A stretch of 64,000 bases of DNA from a virus, in the IMG/VR virus record IMGVR_UViG_3300045988_029816; one strand, 5' to 3'. The translations under genes and the position numbers were made by a program. Positions 28,601 to 39,722 of the stretch are shown in pieces. Below the pieces are notes generated by a model, which had not been told where the DNA came from, did not search any database, and worked only from the letters and a program-made list of their open reading frames with translations. Numbering within the stretch: position 1 is the first letter of the stretch; the number at the start of each line of letters is the position of its first letter.

Positions 28601-29250
28601 ATCAATCAACTATTGATTATCAGCATCCACCTAGATTTATAAAGGTGTCTAGAAATAACATGAAGAAAGGACAATCTCAACACGATTACACCATCTATAT
28701 GCATTATGCTACTGGAGAAAAACGTATTCAGAATAGTAATGGCGAATATGAAGCTATACGTTATCCAATTTACGTTAAAGTAAATCCTAAAGGATATAAA
28801 AACGGAATATATAACATTACGGAATTCGGAACACCAAACTCAGTAGACAATGTATTTGGTATACAAAGTAGAGATGCTGCACAAAAATCATGGAAAGATA
28901 TAGAGCCTACTGCTTTTGACCAAGAGATTAATAAGGTTAAAATTGAGCAAGGTAAGCCTACTATATCAAGAGTAAGTGATGTTGAAAATATCGATAGAAT
29001 ATTAATAGGTACAGAGAACGGTAAGATTCTTCCTCCTTTAGGAAGCGAATATTATAGAATATTTGACGATCAAGGAGAGCGTGAATGGAGTTCAAGCGTT
29101 CCTGGCATGTACAACTATGGAGAAGGTGACGAGAAGGGATCATTACTTGAAGACTTGTTTAACTTTAAAGATTCTCAATTAAATAAAAAAGATACTAAAG
29201 GTAAAACGTTAGCAAATCTAGATGATCTAGATGATAAATTAGGATGCTAA
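13645..29250 (+). CDS. Giant polyvalent virion protein (5201 aa) containing the crAss-type two-barrel virion RNA polymerase, a PD-(D/E)XK nuclease-like motif, an HExxH metallopeptidase motif and a glycine-zipper segment
   Basis: Frame 1 was read codon by codon from ATG 13645 to TAA 29248-29250; only TAG interrupts it, and it joins more than 15 track ORFs. Catalytic-like 'IIGYRIPTQAQSSIHAL...ITGSDFDIDKLF' (DFDID at 26173-26187) parallels beta-prime 'NRAPTLHRLGIQAF...NADFDGDQM'. 'VDQDGGIHIIDFKTSK' lies at about 18583-18618. HEAFH lies at 21217-21231. A Gly-zipper lies at about 15590-15830. Confidence 0.8.
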
Positions 29251-29265
29251 TAAAATGTATTAGTT

Positions 29266-32200
29266 ATGGTTTGTATAATAAGAAGTAAATATTAGAACGA
29301 GCTAAAACAACTATCAGGTATATTGGGCGGTGAGAAAGCCGCCCACTATGCTTTATGTATGAATAATGGGTACAATCTTACTGATACCAAAGAAGGTAAG
29401 CATTCTAAATTATTCGATTAGCTCAAAGAAAAATACGGAGAAGATGAGGCCATAAGGATGAAAACTTATACTTTCACTCCGTAGTTCACAGATTAGTTTT
29501 GTGATTGGTATAATGATAATATAAACAAAAATAACGAAATTATAAAAAATGCTACAGTTATATGGGGGCATCCAGGAACTGGTAAGACATGGCTTTTCAA
29601 ATAGGGTAGAAAAGATATAATAGATTTTGATTCTGAATATAAATCAAAATTAGGAAATCTAGAATAGAGAGAAAAGCTTAAGAAAGAAATTGGAAAGCAA
29701 GAATACAACAAAAAACTTGATTAGTTATTTGATTAGGCAAAACAAGAGGCTAAAGAAACCGGTAAGAAACTTCTTGTTAGTGATATGCATTTTCTTAGAG
29801 ATAGAGCAGATGATCTCGATGCTATAACAAATATTTCCGATAAAGAATTTATTCAAAGAAGTCATTAGAGAGGAGAGCATGATGAAGCAGATAAAATGGA
29901 TTGGAAGAAATCCATAAATAAAGCAATGTCAAACGCTCCTAAAGATAAAATAATTAACACAACTGGATATATATCAAATCTTTTAGATGAATCTGAAATA
30001 AATAAAATAGACGAAAACGGAGAACCTAAAATAGAATATGTAGAAAAATTATATAACGAGTATAATGATGGTAATTTTAGTGATTCAATAACATTTTCAA
30101 CCCTTGGATACGAATCGAACTTGCAAAAGATGAAGCAGGCTATGCAAGATGAGGGAGATGCAATAGATTCAGCTGTACAGCAATCTATAAATACTTCTGT
30201 AAAAAATATTGCTATTAAGCCAGGAGAGTCTTTAATACATTTTTTCAAAAGAAAGAACGTTATTAAAGGTAAACTTATTACTGATAGAGTAAACCAGATA
30301 ATGTAGAAAAGACAACAAGTTTTAGCTTAGCATTATGGTTTAAAATAGGTAGTAAAAGATGATGGTTCTATAGAATATTCTACTGATAGCAAAGATACAG
30401 ATAAGCAAATTCTTGTTAAGTTTGTAAATAGTCTTGGTGATAAACGCGGAATGTATAGAGAAGCAGAACATACTTTGTACATCTCTCTTATAAATGCTGA
30501 TCCGACAACTATGAATCACGAATTAGCTCACTATTATGTAAGAACATTCTGGTAGAGTAAGGAAGTATAGAAAGCTTTGTCTATATTTGATGATAAGAAA
30601 CTTAGTTCTAGATAGCTTGAGGAAAGATTAGTGGAGGAGATAACATCACGTACAATGGCTGAAAACTTCTCTACAGAGCCACAAAAGCGGTCTATAATAC
30701 AATAGTTCTGGAACAGCTTTAAAAGCCTCTTAAATCGCCTTATTTTGGGCAAAATGACCGAATCTAAGAAGAATGATATACTTGACTCTATAGCAGCTAA
30801 CTTTTACTTGAATAAATAGCTAGAATAGGACTACAAGTCAATGGCTTTCTACGATAAGTATAATGGCGATATGTTTTAGCAGGGCGATATACCAAATGCT
30901 AATGACTTAAAGGTATATGAAACTATATCAACAGCCGTTAAGCGTAGATATTCTGCAGAGCGTGCTCAAAAGGCAAAAGATACTATAAAGATATAGACTC
31001 TTAGAGCAAAAATAAAAGAGTACCAAGAAGATATTGATTTAGGATTCTTTGGAGAACGTGTAACCAGAAGTACAGATGAGCAGCAAGAGAAAATAACATC
31101 TAACGTAGAATGGATTCTAGATTAGGCTAGACGAGAATTAAATGTACTTGGAAGACATTTATCAGACAATAGAGCAGGTGTAGAATAGATGACAGCAAAA
31201 TAGTTATTCGACGCACTTACAAACGTTGTTGGATATTATGAATATATATTTAATAATAAGCAGTACGGAATATTCTAGTCTTTAGGAAAATATGGCAATA
31301 GTGGTATAATAGAATTTAAAAACGGTAGCACTTTGTATCAGGCTTTTCAAGAAGCAAAAATAGATTTGGATTCTATACATGAAGAGCTTAATACTTAGAT
31401 AAAAGAATATCTTGGAAAGCGATTATATAATTTCGTATAGGATAATGTAACAATTGGAGACAAAGATGTATTTTACCAGAATGTTATGCATTGGTTATAC
31501 AATGAAATAGACAATGGCTCATTAAATGCATTCGAAAAGTATGTTGGTATAGCTTCTAGCTCAAAGTCTTAGTTAATTAGAATTGTTGATAATATGATTC
31601 AATCAGTCAAGAATGAGAAAAGAAGAAACGCTCTTACTGTTGGTCATGAATTTGTCAGCAAAATGAACAAGTTAGCTGGTCATTCTGTTTCTAATTATTA
31701 GGCTAGATTTTGTGAGACTGATTCTGATGGGAAAACTACCGGTTATTGGATAAGGCCAATAAACTACGGTCAGTATTATAAAGAGAAAAAACAATTCGTT
31801 ATCAATCTTGCAAAAAAGCTCGGGTTGAATCCGGATTCAAAAACAGGTAGAGTTGATTTGTCTAACGTTGATACAAAAACAAAAAGAGATTTCTTAAACA
31901 GCATTGAAGACTGGGTTGGAGAACATGCACACAGAAGATATAAGGCTGAATATTATAAAAAGAAGAGAGAGTTTTTGTCAGATGACACAATGAGGACAAT
32001 GGGCGCAATACAAAGACAAATAAATGTCCTGTTGTCTAAATAGTATGATGAAGATGGATATTTTATGCCTTACAGATTAGGAAAATCTGATAGAGATTTA
32101 CTTGAAAGACTTTAGAGAGAAAAATAGTAGTTATCTAACTTTTATGATAGAATAGAAGTTTCTTCTGGCGAAGTTAAAATAGTTCCTAAGACAGGCGATG

Positions 32201-35200
32201 CTTTACGTATGGCTGAAGAAATTCATGCGTGGTACAATTATATTAATGGGAAAATAAAATACAAGCCTAATGTAGAAAAATACAATGCTGGATTAAAAAA
32301 GCTACAAGATTAGTTATAGAATGCAAGTTCTTCGTCAGAAAAGTTAAAGATACAAAAACGTATAAAAAGCTACGTATATTATAATAGTAAATTGTAGTAT
32401 ACGGAAGACTTCTAGAACCTTTTGAACGAATGTCATTCTGGTGAACAGGATAAGAGACTGGCTATACTGTAGGAGAGAAGGAGAAAACTGCTCATACCAG
32501 CTAAAGATGTCAATGACGCATTAGCTTCTCCAGACTTACAGAATTTGACTATTGAAGACTTAAAATAGATACAGTATCTTGATGAGTAGATATCTAGAAG
32601 AAAGCTTATAATAGAAAATAATTATGAAACATTAAAGTCAAAAGAAGAGAGCGGCACACTAACTCCTGCAGAAAGAAAGTGTCTTGATAAGTTAGAAAAG
32701 TCAAAGGAAGAACCATCTTGCGATTTTAATGATATAGCAGCAATGGATGAAGTTAAGGTTCGTGGAACGGAAACTACTATGTACGATTGGTGGGAAAACA
32801 AGCTTAAAAACGAAGGTTGGAGCCAGTAGGAGATTACTGATTTACTGTGGTACACAGATAGAAAAACTGGAGAATCTAGAGTATTAAGCTGCTTTTTTAG
32901 AATGGTCCCAAAAGTTGATGAAAATAGTGAGGATGAATTAACGTTACCGAATGGTAGAAAAATAAAGGTATTAGAAAGAGTTCCAGGCAACGCTTATTCT
33001 GAATTAGATGAGACTTCCGAGTTGGCTGATGAAGAGTATGATAAGACATCAAATGAAACAATGCAGCCTAAAAAGAATGGTATATATAATGGTAAGACAT
33101 TCTCGTACGAAAACAAGTAGTATAATAAGCTTACAGAGGAAGAAAAGGATTTCTTAAATAACTATATTATTAAGAAATTGATGTGGGGCTCTAATGAAAA
33201 AATAGCAGGTAAAGTATCAGCTAAATCATATAGAATGCCACAAATACATGGAAATTCTGTAGAAATGATGTGGGGTAGAGGATTTGGGCCACTTGGTATA
33301 GCAAAGTCAATAGGATATGCTGCTGGGCAATTTTCTTAGATAAACGAAACTGATACAGAATTCGATATGTCTATGTCTGACGACTTAGCTATGAGACCAG
33401 ACGGAACAAAGGTTGGTGTTATTCCTATTAGATATGTAAAGACGCTTGATGACCCAGAACATATTTCTACAGATATTATAGGATCTGTAATGTCTTACTG
33501 GATGATGGCAGAAAATTTTAGACTTGTGTCATAGTTAACACCTGATTTGGAATTGATTCACGATTCTGTAAATAACGGTACAACTACAGATACAGCAAAA
33601 GTTATTAGAGAAATGATAGATACATATATGTATGACAAACATACAAAGTTAAATGAAAACTCTAATAAGAAAATGTCTAAATCTGCACAGAGATTAATAA
33701 AGTCTGCAGATACAATTAGAAAGAATACATCTAGAACACTTTTGTCTCACAACTACTTTACTATTATGAAGGGATTCCTTGATGCTAGTAAGACGGTTGG
33801 AATTGAAGCTCTTACAGGTAAGTATATAACAGCCAAGGATATGGCTTACGCTCATAGTTATATAGCTAGATCTTTAGGGACTATTGCTGCAAGCGTTGGA
33901 AAACCAAACGTTCATGGTTGGCTAGCAGCAGCAATGCAGTATAATGGTTGTACGAAGAGTATAGACGAATCATTTAGCCATACACAAAATACTTGGGCTA
34001 CGAAGTTTCTTAGAGACAATCTGTTAATGGGAGGTTATACGGTAACCGACTTTATGGTTACAGGTATGATATGTGCTTCAGTGTATCATCATTTTAGGCT
34101 AGTACATGTCCCAATAGTAGAAAAAGTAGACAAATCAAAAATCCTATATAATGCAGAGTACAAAGTTACTGGATGGGAGGATAGATTTGTAAACCAAGAA
34201 GAAGCTATGGATTTGTATTATAAAGCCGGACTTGGTGATTAGGCTGGTATGAAAAACTATGAAAATGCAAAAATAACTTTGCATGATGCTTATATTGAGG
34301 AGAATAGCAATTTCGTAATTCGTGATGAATTTAAAGATAAAGTTAGCAAGCGTCTTGAAGATATAGTGTCTAACACTATAAAAGAAAGATCAGCCGTAGC
34401 AAATGGTATGATGCCAGAGAATGGAAGACACTCTGTAGCATATACAAATCCATTTGCAAGATGGATAATGGTAATGCGTGGATATCTTCCTACTCTTGGA
34501 TTTGATAGATTTAAAGCTGGTAGTGACTTCTCTGAATATAAGTCAGATAAATATAACCCTACTTCTTTTAATGCTATAAAATACAAAAGAAATAATGGCG
34601 AGATGTCTGATGAAGAGTTTGAGAGAGCTAGAGAGTACTATGAGAGATATGATGGTTAGTTCAATTTTAACACCGCTACAGTTGATAGAGGTCAAGTAAG
34701 GGCTACTATAACAGCATTACGAAAGACAATAAATAATGCGCTTTAGTTAGCAAAGCATCTAATTACGTTTGATTTCAATGCTATCAAAAATGATAAAGGC
34801 AGAAGAAGTAAAACTTATAACGAAAAGAAGATGTTGTTAAAGTCTGCCTTAGAAATAGGCTTTATTGCGGCTATGGGCATATTGTCAGTATTTACTGCAT
34901 AGATGATATAGGATCTTGATGATGACGATGATGATACTGTACAGTATGCAACATATGCAATAGCGTTATTAAATCAGGGATTATTAACAGAGTCTTCTAC
35001 TGCGTGGGTTCCAAACACCGTATTAGACTTGTTTACATCTCCTACTACGGTTTATGCATATTTATAGAGATACGCATATTTTGGAAATATTGTAGGATAG
35101 TTAGCATATTTAGGTTTAACTACTATATCTGATGAAGATGACGCTTCTTACTATGAAGATGTTCTTGGCAAGAATTCGTCTTATGCTGGTCGAACAAAAT

Positions 35201-35472
35201 TGGATAAGGATCTTATTAAATTGTCTCCTTTATTCGGAATACCTGGAAGTAATCTTTATGAAAACTTTACTGTATCCGGATTAAAAGGTAAATATAAATT
35301 TTATAGTCAAAGCGTTGCACCTAATTCAACTCTATATAAAATAAACAAAGCCTTTAGCGGAGGTGATAAGAAATCATCCAAATCTAATTCAAACCCTTGG
35401 CTTAATGAAGATTACGAACCGTCTTTTGGCGGAGGTTCTTCTTATGATCCTTCTGACAGATTTGACGAATAA
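29266..35472 (+). CDS. Giant virion protein 2 (2068 aa): N-terminal P-loop NTPase/kinase-like domain, HExxH metallopeptidase motif, C-terminal hydrophobic segments
   Basis: Frame 1 is open from ATG 29266 to TAA 35470-35472 with only TAG interruptions (checked). It has Walker A GHPGTGKT at 29566-29589 and HELAH at 30517-30531. A hydrophobic/acidic region lies near 34850-35100. It sits immediately downstream of the RNAP gene, as in the crAss-like RNAP block. Confidence 0.7.
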
Positions 35473-35515
35473 TCGTATAATTGATGTCGTAACGTTTTAA
35501 ACAAAACAAAAGAAT

Positions 35516-35553
35516 AAAAGCTCAAGTCTCAATTAAGAGGCCTGAGCTTTTTT
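35516..35553. terminator. Bidirectional intrinsic terminator at the junction of the convergent late (+) and early (-) modules
   Basis: AAAA-GCTCAAGTCTC-AATTAA-GAGGCCTGAGC-TTTTTT forms an 11-bp stem with one mismatch and a 6-nt loop. It has a T-run on + and an A-run upstream. It lies 45 nt after the TAA of the last + gene and overlaps the 3' end of the - gene 35522..36028. Confidence 0.7.
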
Positions 35554-36028
35554 CATTCTCAAAGTATACGTCGTCTAGTGTGACGTAATTATCGTTAAGA
35601 GGAAGATTACTCTCTTCGCAACTTATTTTATTATATTTGTCACATATGAAACGATTAATATAATTATCTGCACAACACCAGAATTTGTTTATTTTGTCAC
35701 GTTCTTTTGTTGTAAGATTTACAATACCATCCATAATGTCCAGATATTTTTTTGGAATTACTTTTAGTATATATACAGTAAAAGGTTTGTCTTTAATATA
35801 TATGGTGTCTGATCCATAATATGTTGACAAACCTTTTATTTTTCTATCTGTATACCATCGTTCATCTGTATGACACAAATTGCTATATACAAGAAAGATG
35901 TGGGAATCTAAGTATGGCTTATCAATATTACTTGTATAAGCATCATAGAACCCAACATCTTCTGATATATCTTCAAGCATCATATTTTCTCCTAACAACG
36001 GGATTAATACTTTGCACTGTTTACTCAT
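35522..36028 (-). CDS. Hypothetical protein (168 aa)
   Basis: Intact standard-code ORF. Its start overlaps the upstream stop (ATGA). It is the last gene of the - strand operon. Confidence 0.6.
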   Translation of the reverse strand: MSKQCKVLIPLLGENMMLEDISEDVGFYDAYTSNIDKPYLDSHIFLVYSNLCHTDERWYTDRKIKGLSTYYGSDTIYIKDKPFTVYILKVIPKKYLDIMDGIVNLTTKERDKINKFWCCADNYINRFICDKYNKISCEESNLPLNDNYVTLDDVYFENEKSSGLLIET

Positions 36029-37041
36029 AGGTTTAAAGTTTCGCTACCGTCTCCAGCGTAATACTCATAACCATGTTCCCATAGATTTTTATCCATGTGC
36101 CATGCTATTTCTGTCATTGCATCATTTATTACACCGTTCCTAGAACAAACCTGAGACGGATCCAATCTGAAAACTCTTATTTCATTACTGCCTGTTGTAT
36201 CAATAGCAATAATATAAAACTCGAATCTCCATTTATCAAATTCATCAGTTATTCCTGGTATATTTGCAAGATACCAATATACAGCATCCTTATAAAAACA
36301 CAATTGTCTACAGTAATCAAATTCTTTCATACTGTCCTCAAAGTGCCACAGTTTGGCCGTAGTCTTGATATCCATAATTGTACATACTTTGTTTTGAAAG
36401 TCGAATGTACAACTATCTAATAAAGATTTGCATTTAATGCACTTAAACGGTAAATGAAAATCCCAATTTATTTGGAATTCATGATATATATGAGTAAAGC
36501 CGTACTCTCCAGATTTTCGCAACAGTATGCATGCTAATTTGTGAGCTTGCACATTATTCTTAATAGTATCAAGTTGTTTTAAATCGTATTCAGATATAAG
36601 TATCTTGTTCGTTTTTAAGGCTTCGATATAATCCTTATACTCTACGCTTATTTTAAGCGCTTCTGAGAGGATTTTATCTTCACTCTTGCCAACTATACTA
36701 TATGACTTGCGATAGGCTTCTGAGAGCTGTTTATTTAGCTCTATTTCAACGGTATTTATTAAGTTTTCACAGAACTTTTGTGCTTGCGCACTTTTAGGCT
36801 TGTCGCCATCGAACAGAACGTAATCATTCCAGAACTGATCTGGCTGAAGCAGGAACTCATGTATCATGGTTCCTTTACGTAACTGTGGCAAATCTAAGCC
36901 TTTCTCTTTACCATCCAGCATATTACGAAAATAGGCCGGCCCTTTATTTAAGAACCAGCCTATCGCACTATTACTAATACGTGTATTATCTTCGTAGTAT
37001 GGAATGTCGTATTCCGGTATTTTGTACTTTGGTGTAATCAT
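36025..37041 (-). CDS. PD-(D/E)XK (RecB/Cas4/YqaJ-like) exonuclease
   Basis: Motifs are ...LLD..., CTIMDIKTTAK (D-x-K) and YCRQLCFYKDAVYWY (QxxxY). The track ORF starts at 37062, but the ATG at 37041 overlaps the upstream TAA (TAATG) and is the likelier start. Confidence 0.7.
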   Translation of the reverse strand: MITPKYKIPEYDIPYYEDNTRISNSAIGWFLNKGPAYFRNMLDGKEKGLDLPQLRKGTMIHEFLLQPDQFWNDYVLFDGDKPKSAQAQKFCENLINTVEIELNKQLSEAYRKSYSIVGKSEDKILSEALKISVEYKDYIEALKTNKILISEYDLKQLDTIKNNVQAHKLACILLRKSGEYGFTHIYHEFQINWDFHLPFKCIKCKSLLDSCTFDFQNKVCTIMDIKTTAKLWHFEDSMKEFDYCRQLCFYKDAVYWYLANIPGITDEFDKWRFEFYIIAIDTTGSNEIRVFRLDPSQVCSRNGVINDAMTEIAWHMDKNLWEHGYEYYAGDGSETLNL

Positions 37042-37958
37042 TAGCATCCTGCACAACAACAATCACAACAGCAATCATCTGAAGTTAATTTCTTCTTAAC
37101 GTTCTTATGATTGTTTTCTTTACAAGAACGAGCATGAGGCTTTATAGTACCTTTTGAAGAAAGGTTCATATCCTCAAACAACTCTTCGAATGTCGTAGTA
37201 GGATAATTGTTAGCTTCCTTTACGAAAGAAACAATGTTGTCAAAACTACATACTTCGAAGTTATCCTTAATAAAGTCTGTTAAAGATTTAACTTCCTTCT
37301 TATCATCAAGCTTGTCATTTAATACCTCCATTATAAGAGATGGAGACATTTCTTCAAACTCACGCCAATAGCGAATACGAGAACAACGGTCTATCAGATA
37401 CTCTGATATCTCACTGTCATCATTACAGGTAAACAAAATCATATGCTTACCCTTAGTATCAGAACCATCCAATACCTGTAATAAGAAAGAATCATCGTAA
37501 TCTGCAAGAACTTTGTCAAGCTCATCAAACAAGAAGCAAACACTTGTGTCACCGAGCATCTCTACAATATTTCGAAGGATATGTGGACGTATGTTTTTGT
37601 CTATGTTCACAATTGGAAGACCGCTCTTATTGGCAATCATCTTAGCCATTACGGTCTTTCCTGATCCCTTCAATCCTGCAAGCATTACACCAGTAAATCC
37701 GCTCTCAGACAGGTTATAACTATTAACAACTTTGTCTATGAAACGTTCATCACGCGATGTACAATATACCTTAGAAGGTAAAGGTAACTTACCAGACTCT
37801 TGTAATGATACGGTGTCAGTATAACGGTCTACAATAATATTGTAAACTGTTCCTGGAATCAAATCATACTCAAGACCATCTGTGTTAAACTTAAAGTTTA
37901 TATTATTACCTACTTTCAAAAATTTCTTTTCCATATTTACTGATATTATAATACTCAA
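37041..37958 (-). CDS. AAA+ ATPase with C-terminal poly-Cys tail
   Basis: Walker A is GLKGSGKTVMAK and Walker B is VCFLFDELDK. The C-terminus is SDDCCCDCCCAGC. Confidence 0.75.
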   Translation of the reverse strand: MSIIISVNMEKKFLKVGNNINFKFNTDGLEYDLIPGTVYNIIVDRYTDTVSLQESGKLPLPSKVYCTSRDERFIDKVVNSYNLSESGFTGVMLAGLKGSGKTVMAKMIANKSGLPIVNIDKNIRPHILRNIVEMLGDTSVCFLFDELDKVLADYDDSFLLQVLDGSDTKGKHMILFTCNDDSEISEYLIDRCSRIRYWREFEEMSPSLIMEVLNDKLDDKKEVKSLTDFIKDNFEVCSFDNIVSFVKEANNYPTTTFEELFEDMNLSSKGTIKPHARSCKENNHKNVKKKLTSDDCCCDCCCAGC

Positions 37959-38353
37959 ATATTGGTTTTTATCTTTTCTACCATCTCGTCTACCTGGTTT
38001 TGGTTACGTACGAGATAACATTTCATTTTACTTCGATGTCGCTTAAGATAACGCTTAAACAGTTTCCATCTAAGAGGGAATGAATCTCCCATAAAACCTT
38101 TGCATTCTACTACAAACCCATTTCCTATGAAGTCAGGTAGATATGTTAGAGGTCTTATTTTTTCACCTAAATACTCGAATTTGTCCAGTAATACGAAATG
38201 CTTTGGCTCATATTTAACTGGTATTCCAGCTTTCATAAAAGCTTCATAAGTATAGCATTCGAGCTTACTCTTAAAACTGAGACCATACTTATCGACTTTT
38301 GTCGCATTCCGTACTCTGCCTTTGGATTTCTTTTTAGATTTCTTGCCTATCAT
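37955..38353 (-). CDS. T7 endonuclease I-like Holliday junction resolvase
   Basis: 'FKSKLECYTYEAFMKAGIPVKYEP...LTYLPDFIGNGFVVECKG' matches the T7 gp3 pattern 'FRSGLEDKVSKQLESKGIKFEYEE...HTYTPDFLLPNGIFVETKG'. Confidence 0.7.
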   Translation of the reverse strand: MIGKKSKKKSKGRVRNATKVDKYGLSFKSKLECYTYEAFMKAGIPVKYEPKHFVLLDKFEYLGEKIRPLTYLPDFIGNGFVVECKGFMGDSFPLRWKLFKRYLKRHRSKMKCYLVRNQNQVDEMVEKIKTNI

Positions 38354-38648
38354 AATAAAAATTCTTTCCCCTTATTTTGGATACAGAAGTTCTATTAAAA
38401 TAGACAATTTCGCCATCAGTTTCTTTTTGTTCACCTCCACGATGAACACATACGCATATACATCCATCATCACTATAACTATCCCAGATAGTCATCTGCA
38501 ATTTATTTGGAAGATAAATACGCATAAATCCACCTTTGTCGAGACGAATTTTCTTAGTCAGCTTTTTTGTAAGCCATTTATGCAATAGAGGAGACATTAC
38601 TGCACCTCCCAGCACACCTAATAGGCATCCTATTACTACATCAATCAT
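38334..38648 (-). CDS. Small membrane-anchored protein, unknown function
   Basis: Intact 104-aa ORF with N-terminal hydrophobic segment VVIGCLLGVLGGAVMSPLL. It overlaps both neighbours in an operon arrangement. Confidence 0.5.
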   Translation of the reverse strand: MIDVVIGCLLGVLGGAVMSPLLHKWLTKKLTKKIRLDKGGFMRIYLPNKLQMTIWDSYSDDGCICVCVHRGGEQKETDGEIVYFNRTSVSKIRGKNFYYDRQEI

Positions 38649-39612
38649 ATTTCTGTAACGTTTTTGTTAACCAGTCTTTCATGGTGCTAAATCCGTTGTC
38701 ACGAACAGCATCTGATAGATCTTTGGCTTTAAATTTTTTATTAATGAAAAAAGCATCTATTTTGTATTGCTTACTATATTGTCTAGCCTTAAGCATACCG
38801 GTTTGATCTCTATCATACAGTATAACTATATGTTTCCATTTGGAACGTAGAGACCTGAGTATGTCTTCAGGTATAAACACAGTTTCACTAGCAGCAGCTA
38901 TTGCATTAAAACCCATCTCGTAGCAACACATCACATCTTTCAGTGATTTTGTTATTATGAGTAGGTCGCCTCCTTCCTTAGGCAATTCGGATAATCCCTG
39001 TACGTGCCGATTCGTCAGATTGGTACGCCATTTAGTAAACTTGGAAGCAAGTGGACGATAAATCTTAAACTTATCATACACTTTATATGCATACATAGGA
39101 CTATTCTCTTTGTAGATACTTCGGACGATACTATTACAAAGAAAGTATTTAATGCTAAACACATTGAACTTTTTTAGTGTATCAATATGTATTCCGAACT
39201 GTTTCCAGTACTGTTTGTCTACATTGGTAAACGGCTGTCGAACTATTCCGATATCAGTATCTCCTTTCGGCTTATCGTACGTATTTGTCCTTACGATTGT
39301 ATTAGGATTTATTCTGCGTACGATTCTCAATAATTCTCGTTCAAGCTCTTCTCTAGTCGTTATACCTTTGTATTCTTTTAGGAACTTCAGAGAGTTTCCG
39401 CATTCTCCAGTTCCAAGGTCTTTCCATAACAACCCTCCTGTTTTAGAATGAAATATTCCAAATGAAGGGTTCTTATCTCCAGACCTTAGAGGACTATTCA
39501 TAAGTTTTCCAACTTTAAATTGTCCTAAACAATACGTATAGATGTCTAAATCATTCACTTTGTCCAAGATGTCTTTCAAGGACATAGTAATCGCTGTTCT
39601 AGTACTATACAT
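38641..39612 (-). CDS. DnaG-like DNA primase (degenerate Zn-ribbon plus Toprim)
   Basis: 'NSPLRSGDKNPSFGIF...GECGNSLKFL' aligns with DnaG 'CPFHxEKTPSFxV...CFGCG' but lacks the Cys/His ligands. The Toprim region is 'LIITKSLKDV...AAASE...VILYDRDQTG'. Confidence 0.7.
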   Translation of the reverse strand: MYSTRTAITMSLKDILDKVNDLDIYTYCLGQFKVGKLMNSPLRSGDKNPSFGIFHSKTGGLLWKDLGTGECGNSLKFLKEYKGITTREELERELLRIVRRINPNTIVRTNTYDKPKGDTDIGIVRQPFTNVDKQYWKQFGIHIDTLKKFNVFSIKYFLCNSIVRSIYKENSPMYAYKVYDKFKIYRPLASKFTKWRTNLTNRHVQGLSELPKEGGDLLIITKSLKDVMCCYEMGFNAIAAASETVFIPEDILRSLRSKWKHIVILYDRDQTGMLKARQYSKQYKIDAFFINKKFKAKDLSDAVRDNGFSTMKDWLTKTLQKYD

Positions 39613-39626
39613 AACTTATAAGTTAG

Positions 39627-39711
39627 TACGGCATGTTAGAGTTGCACTAACGACCTCTCGCGGTTTCCGACGTGTCCAACCGAGTGCTCTAACTACCTGA
39701 GCTAATGCCGC
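39627..39711 (-). tRNA. tRNA-like gene with aberrant (28-nt) anticodon arm and non-canonical T-loop; identity undetermined, possible pseudogene or insertion-containing tRNA
   Basis: In - sense it reads GCGGCAT-TA-GCTC-AGGTAGTTA-GAGC-A-[CTCGGTTGGACACGTCGGAAACCGCGAG]-AGGTC-GTTAG-TGCAACT-CTAAC-ATGCCGT-A. The acceptor (G1-U72), D arm and variable loop are canonical. The anticodon region is 11 nt too long and has no 5-bp/7-nt solution. Confidence 0.5.
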
Positions 39712-39722
39712 ATATAAATTAG

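Noticed and set aside
583-35472. Reading the fragmented + strand ORFs as pseudogenes or a degraded prophage
   Set aside because: All interruptions are one codon type (TAG), and the frame is maintained for up to 15.6 kb. Genes end cleanly at TAA/TGA with coupled starts, and conserved catalytic motifs are intact. This pattern indicates recoding, not decay.
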